NCBI RefSeq assembly: GCF_006345805.1
Contig: NC_043015.1
Location: 2,666,001-2,730,000 of the forward strand
Source of the DNA: Octopus sinensis
Lineage: Eukaryota
Length of the DNA stretch: 64,000 bases
Reading direction: 5' to 3'
In this document: one piece after another, positions 39,770 through 53,955 of the stretch
How positions within the stretch are numbered: position 1 is the first letter of the stretch
Layout: the number at the start of each line of letters is the position of its first letter
Made by a program: the position numbers and the translations under genes
Notes under the pieces: generated by a model
Seen by the model: only the letters and a program-made list of their open reading frames with translations
The model's database searches: none
Told to the model about the DNA's origin: nothing

Positions 39770-41846
39770 ATTGACAGAATTTTAGAAAGTGATATGGTCG
39801 CTGAAAAGGTCTTTCAAAACAACGAACTCAGTACTTGAACAAATCTGGACCCCTATGAAGAAGTCACCGGACCCTGCAAAAGCTAAGCAATTGGAAGGCG
39901 CCGGGGCACGATAAGATACCCAAACTTTGGTTAAAATACCTCTGGGGAATACAAAGAGGTGGCTGAGAAAATATATGAAACTGCTGATACGGCCAGAGAC
40001 AATGCCTGAAATGCCCACGAAAGGGTAGACCACCCTAATGCCCAAATCCACTGAATTAACAAACCCACAAAATTACAGACCTATAACTCGTCTCCTTAGA
40101 ATTCCTAAAGCCATTACTGCAATAAAATCGCAGATAATGCTCAAGCATCTGGCAGAAAACAACTTATATCCAGAAGAGCAGAAGGGATGCTACAAGGGCT
40201 CATACTGCTGTAAATATCAACCAAAGATCAATGAAGCTATAACTGAAGAAAGAAGAAAGGTCTAAGTATGTCCTGGATACATTACCGAAATGCTTTCGAT
40301 AGTATTCACCAGACATTGATCTTAGAAACTGTAGCCACGAACAAGATAGCACCAATAATCATAAAAAATATATAAAACATTCCATGAATAAATGGCAGAC
40401 AGTGTTACAGCTCCAGACAAATGTGGGGCTCATAAAAAAACAAAGCCATCCACATTAGAAGAGGAATGAAATAAGAGAATTAGACCAAAGCCAGACATAT
40501 AAATACTTAGGAATCACTGTACTAGATACGATGCAACGCATACAAATGAAAGAGAGCAGAAGAAAGGAATATTATAGGCGAAGTAGATTAATACTGAAAA
40601 CAGAGCTCAATGCGAAAAACAATATAATAAATATGAACACTCTAGCCGTCCCTGTTATAAGTTACGTCTACAATATTATTGACTGGGCTCTCAATAAACT
40701 AATCAAAATAGACAGGAAAGCATGAAAAATAATGACAGGGTTCAGATGCGCTACCTAAAATCTGACGTAGAAAAGTTATATATACAGCGTATTTAAGGTC
40801 GTGTAGACTATATACAGCTAGAAAATTACATAATAACCACATGAGAATTCAGAAATACGTCTTTCAGAAGCAAGAAAGCTGATGCAAATAGCCACGAAAC
40901 ACGAACAAATTAAAACACTGTTTTTTCTGTCTTTAAGGAAGCTGAAAAATACAAACAATATATCATAATACCTAACAACTAGAAATGAAAAGAAGACAGG
41001 ACAAGAGCTGTAAAACAACTGAAATTTAAATTAAAACTAGAACAGCAACGGATCATGAATAACCGATGACAATAAAAGCCTATACGTGGAAAATATAAAG
41101 TTAATATAGAAATGAAATAAATAGACAAAGCAAAATGACAACGATAGCTGAGAATATCAGGGCTCAAAGCAGAGACTAAATTATGTTTAATTGCATCACA
41201 AGACCAATGCCTTTCCACTAGAAATCAGAAAACATACATATTGGAAGGAAATACATGTAACTGCAGAATATCAAATTGTGTCTGGCTAACTGACTAAGAA
41301 AAATATATTCACAATACAGGAATCCAAAACTATGGAATAACAACAAAAACGATGATATAGAAACACGCCAGAAAAGGTGACAGAAAACGAAAAGGTAACC
41401 ACAGGATATGCTTATACAGAGATAGAGAAATCTATATTGATAAGCAGGATACATGTGTCAGTGATCACGATGAAAAATGTTTTCTAACTGATATATCAAT
41501 AACAGCGGTTGACAATGTATCTCTAAAAGAAAGGAAGGCATTTTCAAAATACAAAGATTTGGAAATAGAGGGAACTCGAATGTAGAGCCTAAAAACATAA
41601 ATAATTCCTATTCTAGGAGTCGAAATATGGATGATAACAAAAGAAAAGACATAACAAAAACTCCAGGACTTCCAAGAACATAGTGCCTGAATAATATATC
41701 ACTACTAGGAACCGCACACATCCTAAGCAAACCACCTTCAATACAGTGAAAATAGAATCGCCACAACAAACCACCACGCAAACGCAAGTCACACGGAGCT
41801 GCCATCGGTAATTCAGTGAAATGATGTGATAAAAATACGTCTACTG
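39770..41846 (+). mobile_element. degenerate R4/Dong-like LINE (RT with internal deletion, REL endonuclease, 3' UTR)
   Basis: NWKAPGHDKIPNFWLK, NYRPIT, EEQKGC, SWIHYRNAFD, YKYLG, KTELNAKN and LLGTAHIL; the QGD/MDD segment is missing; ends ctactg followed by (AAT)n. Confidence 0.88.
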
Positions 41847-41847
41847 A

Positions 41848-41905
<58 letters not shown>

Positions 41906-41906
<1 letters not shown>

Positions 41907-42487
41907 GACATGACAGAGTTGGAACCTACATACATTGGAAGCTATGCCAACATTATGGAATAACAACAGAAAAAAGATGGTATAGGCACACACCAGAAAA
42001 GGTCACAGAAAACGAGAAAGCAACCATACTCTGGGATATGCCGATACACACAGATAGAGAAATTAAGGCCAACAGACCAGATATAGTTGTCAGAGATCAT
42101 GAAGAAAAAAAATGCTTTCTAATTGATGTATCAATACCGGCAGATGACAACGTGTCTCTAAAAGAAATGGAGAAACTCTCAAAATACAAAGACTGGAAAT
42201 AGAGGTAACTAGAATGTGGAACCTGAAAACAGAAACAATTCCTATCATAGTAGGTGCATTAGGCATGATAAAAAAATATTCAGACAAATACATAACAAAA
42301 ACACCAGGACTTACAAACACATATAACATACAGAAAATTGCACTACTAGGCACTGCACACATCCTATGCAGAACACTTTCCATACAATAACCATCAGAGC
42401 ATCACAACAAATCACAGCACATACCCAAGGCACACAGAGCTGCGCTCGGTAGTGAAGTGAAAGCACGCTATAAAAATAAAACTACTG
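41906..42487 (+). mobile_element. 5'-truncated R4/Dong-like LINE, younger copy (REL endonuclease and 3' UTR)
   Basis: RHDRVGTYIHWKLC...ANRPDIVVRD...LIDVSIP...EKLSKYKD...IIVGALG...LLGTAHIL; one 1-nt deletion at about 42193; (AAT)n on both sides. Confidence 0.92.
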
Positions 42488-42588
42488 AATAATAATAATA
42501 ATAATAATAATAATTACAACAACAACAACAACAACAATAACAACACCACCACCTACACCACCAACAACAACAACAACAGCACCACCAA

Positions 42589-42620
<32 letters not shown>

Positions 42621-42626
42621 CAGACC

Positions 42627-43124
42627 ATAAAGACAGGCGGAATTTGAACTCGGAACATAAAGACAGACGAAATACCACTAAGCATTTCGCCCGGCGTCCC
42701 AACGTTTGTTATTTTTTTATTGCTCACATGGAGCTAATCATAGAGGGGACAATCAAGGACAGACAAAGGGATTAAATCGATTACATCGACCCTAGCGCGT
42801 AACTGGTACTTAATTTATCGACTCCGAAAGCAGGAAAAGTAAAGTCTACGTCGGCAGAATTTGAACTCAGAACATAAAGACATACGAAATACCTATTTCC
42901 TTACTACCCACAAGGGGCTAAACACAGAGAGAACAAACAAGGACAGACAAACGGATTAAGTTGATTACATCGACCCCAGTGCGTAACTAGAACTTATGTA
43001 ATCGACCCTGAAAGGGTTAAAAGGCAAAGTCGGCCTTGGCGGAATTTGAACTTAGAACATAACGTCAGACGAAATACGACTAAGCTTTTCGCTCGGTGTG
43101 CTAACGTTTCTGCCAGCTCGCCAC
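42627..43124 (-). mobile_element. cluster of three family A SINE units (one nearly full, two partial)
   Basis: Units at about 42892-43124, 42725-42891 and 42627-42708, each carrying gcggaatttgaactc.gaac. Confidence 0.88.
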
Positions 43125-46100
43125 ATTTTATTTGAAGCATTATTGCTAATGGTTATCAAGGCATTTTATTAATGATATCATTATGTGTAGTGTTTGTATA
43201 ACATTCCCTTTCAAAACTTCCCAATTTATTGTATACATAGCATGCGTATGCATGACGTCAATGAGCAAGTTATGAAATACGGTGCTTTAATATGGCTTTT
43301 GAAATAAGTAATTCATATTTTCTTCTTCTCGCGAGGGAGATAACACATATGTTTGGTTGTTCACCCACACATAACCGTTCCAGTTTTGACATTCTTTTCG
43401 CCCTCACCGCTGTAACACTGCCTCTATTCTCCCCGAGTTTTGTAATTGAACTGTTCTTATTGAATTTCTGGTAATTTAATGCTTGTTCGGCTTGCGTATG
43501 TCGAGAAAGACTATAGTTTAGGAGAAATTCAGAGACACAATTTGCAAGATATAATCTTACTACTCTAGTGATTCAAAGTATGATCTGCCATAAACTAACA
43601 ATATACATGATACGAATTTACTGTGATATAAAAAAAAATATATCAATAATTTTAAGGAGTAGAAGAAAATTTGATATAATGACGGGAGAAAAGCCGTAGA
43701 CGAAAAACAATATTTATTAATAAAATTTCTTGTATACATTTCTGTAATCTACCGTGAATTAAGTTTGAGTGAATTATCCATCCCTACTAATTCGCTTAAT
43801 ATTCAAAGTTCAAGCTTCATAAATTAATCCACCAACATTTGAACATGTGGAAAATTTGAGTTAAATTTGTGTTTGTCTTGTTTTAGTTTTCACTTTTTTA
43901 GTGCTGCATATATCGTAAATATGGAGTTTTCTGTAGTGTAAGAGATGATAGCAATGTAGTGTGCCAATAACATTTGAGAAGAACTGTATTTGCCGACCGA
44001 TTTCTTCTCATAGAAACTAGTTTGTGCTCCATTATAACTATATTATGAAGCTTCAGTAGTACACTGAGAATAATAAGGTTTTTGTCCTCAATCAGAAGAA
44101 ACTAAATATATCAGCAAGCGAGATACAGCAGCTCATTTATCAGGAGGCCATACGAACATTACGTATGTGTTTGTACAAGTTCCGTCTGTGTTACGTACAT
44201 GAACGGAATTGTGGTCACAATTATTACGTTGCAATATTCTCCTCGGCAAGATGTACAATCCGAAAACTTTAGGTATTTTGTCCACCATTCTCACGACTCT
44301 GCCAATTCACCGCTCTTCATTTAATGCTTAAGTATTCAACGAATACCCTGAAGAATGTTGATTGCCTTACGCAATGTGTGTATGTTTCTACTGGAGAATA
44401 CGAAGAGGCAATTGCAAATTCAGTTATGATACATAATTCAGGTATTATGTAATTTTCAATGACTAGGACTTGGGGGTATCACGTATGTTTGAATGATATA
44501 TCCACTGTGTATATCCATATCCTCACTAACCCGTATCTTTCAAGGAATTGTTGCTTTCTGTATTGGTTAAGAAGTAGTCTCTCTAAATGGGAAGTTCCGA
44601 ATAGATATCGATTTCTTTAAATCATTTTAGTGCAGCACACAATTATAAATATTACATTTCATTATATTATTATGATGTAGCTTAAAGTATAATAGAGTTT
44701 CTAATAGTAAAATAGGAATACATGTATGTTAGGCGGTAGGATAATATCTTCAGTGAAAATAAGGTGATATTAAATGGCAGGGCTTCTAATATAACAGATG
44801 AGTATATATAAGATACAAGGGTATATACAATGAGTATATATAAAATACAACCCTTCTATCTGCAGTGAAGAAGCGACAGATACGTAGAAATCAATGTAGA
44901 ATCAAATGGAGACGTTGCGTATCGGTTTTTATATTGTCTTCGGTGCACCTTATCGCTACTCCCCGGTTATGGTGTATAATACATATGCACTTATATCGTA
45001 CATGTTCCGAGTTTAATTTTCATTATAAATTACAACATTTAAAAGCGTGTCTGTTTTACAGTTTCTTTGAAGATGATATGCATGTCGTCTTGCTTTGTTA
45101 GGTATTTGATTTTGCTTGTGAGTATATTGTAGAAAATATGGGCACAAGCCAAAATACACCATGCAAGTTCACAGCACACCAAGACATTTTAGTAAGACCC
45201 TCAAAACGCCAGTATGCGACAAAATAATCAATATCCCCAAACAACATGCATCTTCTCTCTCCTTTTTCGTCTGCTGTGATATAAGTTGAAATCAACCTCG
45301 GTCAGTATCTACCGTTTTCAATCCGTGTTTCTTTAGTTACAAAACACATTTTCTCCAGCTGAAGAAAAGTACACGACAGTTTCTACTCTTCTTCCCACAG
45401 ATGTCAAAATCTCCTCTACTGAGAGGAATTTGTGAAGGTGATTCCCCCAGTATCGAAGATGCCAGTAAAGCAAGAATAAAAAAGAAAGGAGTGTTTTCCT
45501 TCATAAATATTATTTTCTTTAGTGAATTCATGTTCCTTTTGGAACCATAGTCGCATAGGTCTGAATACGTTTATATAGCATAGCTTTTGATTTGTATAAA
45601 GTTAGGCGTTTTCAATAAACATAGGTAAATGCGCAATATGCACATTGAAGCTTAGACAACTCTTTTATTGCTAGCAGTATACATGACATTTCAATGGTTA
45701 GAACACGCTAGTAAACATCAGCAACTCATATCTCTAATCAAGGAATGAAACGGTTCACACTTGTATAGATTATAGAAAAGTAATGATAAACAGGAAAAAT
45801 AATGCAGCAACACACGTGCACATGAGTATGACTACGTATGAGTCACTCAGAACACTCGACATTTTGGTAATACGTGATATTAGCAACAATGTCATCTTTT
45901 GAAGTATTTTAACTGTAAAAAAGTGACCATAAATAAAACTGCATCTCTACTAGTTACGTCTACTGACACACGCTTTGGACCGCACAAATGCTAGCGATGT
46001 TAATAAAATTCAAAAACTGGATTACGATGATGACAAAAATGTATCTAAGCCAACTCACTTCTAAAAATCATCCAACACGTCTACAGAATTCTCTGCCGTA

Positions 46101-46864
46101 ACAACATCGTATATAAAATTTTAGTTAGCATTGCGTAAACAATTTGTATGTCGTTGTTATTAACAACAATACATATTTTGTTGGCGGAATTTGTGTTTTT
46201 GCGTTCGACGACATCTACTCAAATCAAATTAATTGCTTCATTGTTAAATGAAACGGAAATATCTAATCGTCATGCACTTATTATAAGAATTGTATTTTCC
46301 GAACGATTCCTTGAAGAAGAAACGGCTATGGTTTGCATTATAACTACATTATGAAGTAACACTAGTACACTGCGAAGAATTGCCTTTTACTAACAAAGGA
46401 AACGCCGAACAGTTCAAAAAGCGACGTGAAAAACTTTTCATATGTCAGGAGGCAATAGTAATATTTCGTAAATATTCCGTAGGAAATATTGATTCAGTTC
46501 TAATTTAATTTCAGCTGTTTTGTATATAAACCACAAGTAACAAGTGAAGACTATTGCATTCAACCTATGTTATACATTAACAAGTAAAAACATTGACACA
46601 GAAGAATAGATAATATATTTAATTTAACAAGAAATAAATACTACTATTATAAAATGTACAGAATGTTAGAAGAAATCTGGATGCATTTATCTTACCTGTG
46701 TTGATAGGCGTGTCTTTCATTCAAAGACTTCAGGGAGTATTTCGAAATACGAACGCATCTCAGTAGACGGCAAGCACACATACGCATACACACAAAAAGA
46801 CACACACACGCACACATATACACACACACTCTGACATACAGACTATCACATGCCATCCAATATT

Positions 46865-47035
46865 GATGTGTTTACGTCCCTATAACATAGCAGTTCGGCA
46901 ATAGTATAAGAAACCGATAGTATAAGTACTCGGCTTACAAAAAGTAAGTTCTGAGGACGATATCGACAACTAAAAAACCCTTTAGGGTGGTGCACCTGCA
47001 TGTTCAAATGTCTATACAAATAAAAGAATAAAGGA
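46865..47035 (+). mobile_element. degenerate 3' half of SINE family C
   Basis: gtttacgtcc..gcagttcggcaa..accgatagtataagtact.ggcttacaaa matches 53160-53225. Confidence 0.65.
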
Positions 47036-47056
47036 ATAGAACAGAAGAATATATTT

Positions 47057-47062
47057 ATCTAC

Positions 47063-47135
<73 letters not shown>

Positions 47136-47136
47136 A

Positions 47137-47193
<57 letters not shown>

Positions 47194-47200
47194 CTTATCT
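47057..47200. repeat. (ATCT)n tetranucleotide array
   Basis: Read directly. Confidence 0.97.
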
Positions 47201-47599
47201 ACCTAGCGGCTATCTATTGATTAAATCTTCCATGCGTTAACATGTACCGCCTTTCATTTAATTAAGATATACTTGGGCCCCAGAGTAGCATGGATATTTA
47301 CCAGTTCCGTGGTTCCACTTGGTATACAACATATGTAGCTCGGATATTATCTAATCCATCTCTTGTATAGATAAACATATACATATATATATATATATAT
47401 ATTTATGGATTAAGTAACAAACGAAAATATGACATACTTGTGTGTCTTTTTTATTTAGCCCTGAAAATATTATGTATTTAACGCAAGCACACGTTAATTT
47501 TTCACACACACACAAACACATATATATGGTAGATAATTTCATAAATAAGGCAGTTTTCTAATATTTGCTGAATTTGTTAAAATTAAAATAAACAATGTT

Positions 47600-48175
47600 C
47601 TAATTTGCATCCAAAATATAATCTCCTTCTACAATGTCATCCCGTCTATGTGGCAGACTTGCAAGACCCTTCTGCAAAACTTCACTTCTCCGCGGCGATA
47701 AACTCTCCTGCAGTCCTGTTCTGATATCGTTTGCAAAATTCCTACTTATTCCGTCCAAATGAATTTAAAGGGTGCGGAATAGCTAACGATCATATGAGGC
47801 AATCTTTACCAAATATAGTGCATGGGGCATCGTCTCCCATTCAAACTGCTCCAGCCTTTGGAATGTTATCGTCGCTGAATGGGGCCGAGGATTATCTTGA
47901 TGGAATGAAACTTTTCGTCTTGAAACCAAACATGATTGTTTACTTATGGCGCCTACTTATGCCGCCCAAGCTGAACGCTATAGATCACCTTTGTTATCGT
48001 TTACTTTGAGTTTAAATGTTCAAAATGGACTAAACATTTCGTATCCCACCAAACAAATAACAAGGTGGGTGAAAACCCACTTTAGCCTGAGGTGCGTTGT
48101 TTCTCCTTTCCCTACATACTCGCTCCAGCGCTTGACATTATATTGAGAACCCGTTTTTCGTCACTAGTCACTATT
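47600..48175 (-). mobile_element. mariner transposase C-terminal remnant (D,D34D)
   Basis: IVTSDEK, WWD, HQDNPRPHS...HALYLVKIASYD with 34 residues between the 2nd and 3rd Asp; stops and frameshifts present. Confidence 0.87.
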
Positions 48176-50727
48176 CCGTCCATAAAAGGTTCCTTTGTCT
48201 GACGTAACAACAAAGGAGCTTTGAAACACTAACTGTTAAAATAAATATGCACTCTTCAAAGTATGCACTAAGAATAAGTGCAAGTTAATATATATACCTA
48301 CTTGCATAGCAAATTGATACAGTGAGTTTTTCCCATTCCTCTCCGACCTTCGTTTCATGCAATAAAAAAAGTCGTATTATTTATGGGAAGACCCAATATA
48401 TATAATGATACGTATACAAACTATATATATCCATGCTCACACACACACATAATTGCGCAAAAAATAGTGGTTGTTAGTGATTAGTGGAGGAAAGTTAATT
48501 GCATTGCTGTAGCTCAGAATTATGGGAATGATTTGCGGAGCTGTTCACATTTTGTAATATGACACAAGAAAATACCTGCAATTTTGTCTGGCATTTTGTC
48601 TCGGATTTTTCGTGTAATTTTCTTTTTATTTATAATGCTTGCATAAAATAATGCTAGAAACGGATAAGAAATTCGAGATTCCATGTCTTATCTTGAGTGA
48701 TAAAAATCAAGTTTGCTTCACATGAAAGAAGTCAAGAGATGATATATGAAAACGTTTTACACGCAGATATCATACTTGAAATATAATTTAAAACTCTGCA
48801 TGGCATTGTATTACGTTAAATAACTTCCTACAGTTTTGTTTTCTAAGATATTATGTATTTGAAACATTTCAATATTTTGCAGAATAATTTCTCTGTCAAT
48901 CTTTTTTACTTTGGCTGTAATAGTTTGGTTATAGGAAATAAATTTGCTCCGAAGCTTGTGGAGATTTATACATATAATAGATGAAATTAATTATGTTGGA
49001 ATCATTTGTTTTATTCATTTCTATATTTATTGTTTTATATCTGAAATTACATACAACATTTACGTTGCCTCCAGGCAGAAAGAAAATATTTTATGTATGT
49101 TTCTGAACCATTTACTGTTTCCTTTTTGTGTAATATTTAATTGTTGCCAGTCTAAAGTTTTGTATTTCATAATGCTGTTAACGTGCTATGGAAAGAGTTT
49201 TCTATTTGAAGAAATCGCTTGGAGAATACAGTTCCTTTGAGTAACATCAGTGCATCACATTGTGACTGAAATTAGTCAGTTAACCAATAGAAGATTACAC
49301 TGTGTAATATATGATGAATTTATGAAATGAATAGTCAGTGAAAGTAGCCAATCAAGCGAGAACCTATAAAATTCGTAAGAAAAATCACAAAGCATTATGT
49401 CTGACGTTCTGACAAGACTGGTGAAACCATTTTCAAGTGAAAAGAAGAAAACAATGTAACCACGCCATGCAAGCCTTCAGAAGTGGTAGCGAAAACCCAC
49501 GATTCAAAGGTATTATTTTAAATTGTACATATTTTAAAATGTATTATGTCACACTTACAAACATTCATAGACACATACACAGATATGCACATGTGCATAC
49601 ATATATTAATTGCTTATGAAACGTGTTCGATCATATGCGACCTGATGACTTTGGAACATTTTCGTTGTTCTTTATATGTTCTACAATTTAAACAGTACTA
49701 AATGAACGAAAATCGATTAGAGAAAAACGCATTTGTTTTGAAGCAATGATTGAATAAACTGATCAAAATATTTTCGGCCCTAACAAAAATTATTTCTCTA
49801 TTATATATGTAGGAGTCACCCATTACTTCAAAACACCAATAAAGTTGAAAATAGCATCAGAGGAAAAGAGATTACATTTTATTTCCTCTTACTTCTTACA
49901 AAGAGAGGTGTCTGATTTTTAAAAAGTCCTCCCATCACTCTCATTGACATTTCTAGATCTTTCGTTTAAAAACGAAACATCGCTAAGTCAATGCAAGTAT
50001 GTTAGGAAGGCAATAAACAAACTTAAAAATAAAAGCGGTCTCGTAAGGTTTAGGCAATATAAATACACTAATATTGATTATTGGCGATAAGCAGAAAGGC
50101 TAACGGATACGAAAACTACAGGATAGAAAGGAAGCCAAAACAAAGTTACCCAATCGCAACGAAATTTTAGTTTTCAAGGCAAAGTCATTTTAGGTTAAGT
50201 ATTTGGGAAAACACATATTTAAATTTCCATCTCTTTTCGAAGTGTTACTGCACCAATATTTTTTGCTCCAGGAAAATTAAGCCAAACGCGGTGTAATTGT
50301 TGTTTTTGGTGAAAAATCATAGGACTACAACTATTATAAAGTATACAACATACGTTATTGGCAAATGACACCATATGGAAATTTATCGTTTGTAAACAAA
50401 GGAAGTAAATGAGATTCTATAGCTTATAAATGTACATATTAAGCGATGCAGTTTTAATTTCACATCTACTCTCGTTTTAGTTAAGTTTGGGATATGAAGT
50501 CCCGGAAAGAGAAAGTGGGGCCTAATATGTGTTATTTAAATTTTTTCATTTGACACGTGACTGGATTCCGTTGACCACAGTACTCGTTATCTGCTTTAAT
50601 TCATCTAAGTTGATAAGCTGGAGAGAAGTGCTGATCCAGAGAAAGCTAATCTGACAATGTGCAAAGCAGGAGAAGATTCATCAAGTAATATCTTCTGATG
50701 CGGTGCATATTCTGTGAAGCCAGTAGT

Positions 50728-50729
50728 CC

Positions 50730-50796
<67 letters not shown>

Positions 50797-51026
50797 CAAA
50801 AGAAGAAGAAGAATGAGGATAGGAGTGGGCGAAGAAGCAGAATAAGAAGGAGAAGAAGAAGAAGAAGAAGAAGAAGAAGAAGGAGGAGAAGAAGAAGAAG
50901 AGAAGAAGAAGGGGAAGAAGAAGGGAAAGAAGAAGAAGAAGAAGGAGAATGAGAATGAGAAGAAGAAGTAGAAGAGAAGAAGAAGAAGAAGAAGAAGATG
51001 GAGAAGGAGAAGGAGGAGAAGAATAA

Positions 51027-51090
<64 letters not shown>

Positions 51091-51135
51091 AAGAAGAAGA
51101 AGAAGAAGAAGAAGAAGAAGAGGGGGAAGAAGAAG
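50728..51135. repeat. compound (AAT)n/(AAG)n microsatellite
   Basis: Read directly; source of the poly-L/S/F/K ORFs. Confidence 0.96.
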
Positions 51136-51320
51136 CGGGATAAAATATGGAAAATAAAAAAAAAGCTCCATACATCAAAGAAGTTTCGTAGGAGGTCAAA
51201 GAAAACAACGAAACGGCATAGAAACAAAAACCCTTGCCGAATAAAACCGCATGAAGAACGGACATGCTTCTTCCAACATGATTGAGAATTCAAAATAAAC
51301 ACTTTTTCTATAGAAAGTTA

Positions 51321-51365
<45 letters not shown>

Positions 51366-52920
51366 TTGTGAGCGGCTAATTACCTGGATCTTCAATTTTT
51401 CCTTGATATAGATTTGACGTATGAAATGCGGCAATCACTAACGAACTACGAAGAAGAAATACAAAAGCAATCACCAGATTTTACTCCACGAAATTCAAAG
51501 AAATTTGCGATATAACCTTTTTCCGTATTTATCTGATAGTACAACATGTAGTCTCTTTACCTACGGTACTTATGCGCTACATCAATGTGATTTTCGGTAT
51601 GTGCACTTTAAAGTCTCCATAGACCGGACTCTGTTTATTCTTACACCTACATACATAACGATCAAATTGAAAACTAACATATCACTTAGAACGTTACGAT
51701 GCATTACAGTGATAAAGAGCTGTTACTTTAAGAGATTTACCTAAAATATTAGAGAAAGCATCATACCGCTATATATAGTGATTCCTATAATATATTACTA
51801 GTAAACATCTCGTAACAATAAAATGTCGCCATTTTAAAAATCATTACGATATTGAGAAATAATGAAATGTTTGCAAAGTATAGATTATACAGTGCACACT
51901 CTAATGGCCCATTCACAGACAAGTGATTGAGTCATAAATTGGTATTTATTTGTGTATAAATTCCTGCTGACCTCCTCTTACTTGAAGTAATTTTTGCTTC
52001 GACAGTACTTAGTTTTCCGCCAGCTATTACGTGGCTTCTTCACGGTCATGGCTTCAACGAAGGATTTTCTAGCTTATCTTACGTGGTATTTCATTTAATA
52101 AGTTCTTTTTTTCCTTTCTGTTTCCTTCAAATTGACTGACAAAGAGGAAGCAATGAACACGGGGTTAATCTGCAATTTGAACTGAAGTAGATTATTCAGA
52201 AAATTGTGAAGAATATTAATGCAGCTTTTGTTTTCCTGTAATATTTATTTTCTTTATATTCTTTTGTTTTATGATATTCCAAACACACAATGTTTCTCTA
52301 AATATTGATTATATTTCAAGACTTGGCCGATATTTATTGTAAATGATATATTCTCGGTGTTATTACTAATATACCGAACTAAGTATATTAACAGTACATA
52401 TTATGTCGATTGTGTATAACTGAAGTGGAAAATCAACCGAGGCGCAAATTCTACAAAGAGAGGTGTGACATTAAATTAGTGAATCTGAAACATTTAAAAA
52501 TGATTTTCACCCTTTTGATCCGTTATCTCCGGTAAATGGTTGTGATAACATTGATCTTTAACTTCAGCAAATAGCTAAACATTTGTAAGAATGTGAATAT
52601 AATCGATCGAATCGCCTCCAATATATTGCTGATAATTATTTAATTACTGTAACAAACGCGAGAAGGTTAATAATAAAAGTGAATGCTGGTGTAAATTTAA
52701 AGTATTAGTTTAATGTGTGTTACTGAATTCAGCTGATATTTTAGTGATGATTTATAATTTTTTTTTCAAAATTACTATAATTATATTCATGAAAATATCT
52801 GGAAGGCTTACAATTTTTTGTACGAACGTTCGTGGATAAAGTTCTGTACAAATGTGTATCATCCCTAATATGTTGATATTAGTGCAAGTTATCCATTTTG
52901 CAGGTATAAAAAGAATTTAA

Positions 52921-53067
52921 TGTGTGGTAAGTAGCTTGCTAACCAACCACATGGTTCCGGGTTCAGTCCCACTGCGTGGCATCTTGGGCAAGTGTCTTCT
53001 GCTATAGCCCCGGGGCGACCAATGCTTTGTGAGTGGATTTGGTAGACGGAAACTGAAAGAAGCCTGT

Positions 53068-53109
<42 letters not shown>

Positions 53110-53326
53110 TGTGTGTCTGTGTTTGTCCCCCTAGCATTGCTTGACAACCAATGCTGGTGCGTCCCCGTCACTTAGCGGTTCGGCAAAAGAGACCGATAGA
53201 ATAAGTACTGGGCTTACAAAGAATAAGTCCCGGGGTCGATTTGCTCGACTAAAGGTGGTGCTCCAGCATGGCCGCAGTCAAATGACTGAAACAGGTATAA
53301 GAGTAAAAGAGTAAAGAGTAAGAGTA
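52921..53326 (+). mobile_element. tRNA-derived SINE, family C, with internal (TA)n and LINE-like tail
   Basis: Head tgtggtaagtagc..gggttcagtccc; central cttgggcaagtgtctt; tail ggtgctccagcatggccgcagtcaaatgactgaaac followed by (agagtaa)n. Confidence 0.9.
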
Positions 53327-53594
53327 ATACAAGTGTGTAAAAGAAAATGAAAAGTTGAGTATCCGCCACATTCGTATTGGAAGACATTCCTTATGTCTCA
53401 CAGGGACAAAATAACAAACAACTCACCTATATATCATACGTGATATATGATTGAATAATTCAACAAACGGTGAGGCTCCGTATAATGGAAGGAACTTTAC
53501 AAGCAAATATATATGTCTCGTTTCATATTCAACTACTGATGAATTAACTGAACATGCTTGTAGAAATAGACAACAGTCTCTCATATTTCGTATA

Positions 53595-53955
53595 CTTTCT
53601 TTTACTCTCTTTTACTTCTTTCAGTCAATTAACTGTGGCCATGCTGGAGCACCGCCTTTAATCGAGAAAGTACTTATTCTTTGTAAGCCTAGTACTTAGT
53701 CTATCGTTCTCTTTAGCCGAACCGCTAAGTTACGGGGACGTAAACACAAACACACTCTCTCAGTTTCTTTCAGTTTCTGTCTGCCAAATCCACTCACAAA
53801 GCTTTAGTCAGCCCGAGGCTATATTAGAAAACACTTGCCCAAGTTGCCACGCAGTGGGACTGAACCTAGAACCACGTGGTTGGTAAGCAAGCTACTAAGC
53901 ACCCAACTACTCCTGCGCCTATAGCTACTTACCACACAGCCACGCTTGCGCCTAT
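53595..53955 (-). mobile_element. tRNA-derived SINE, family C, with duplicated 5' head
   Basis: Reverse complement of the 52921 copy; two ataggcgca heads at about 53905-53955. Confidence 0.9.

Noticed and set aside
50605-51302. Poly-L/S/F/Y/K ORFs (also 2215-2680, 39220-39578, 61710-62206)
   Set aside because: Trinucleotide repeat artefacts.
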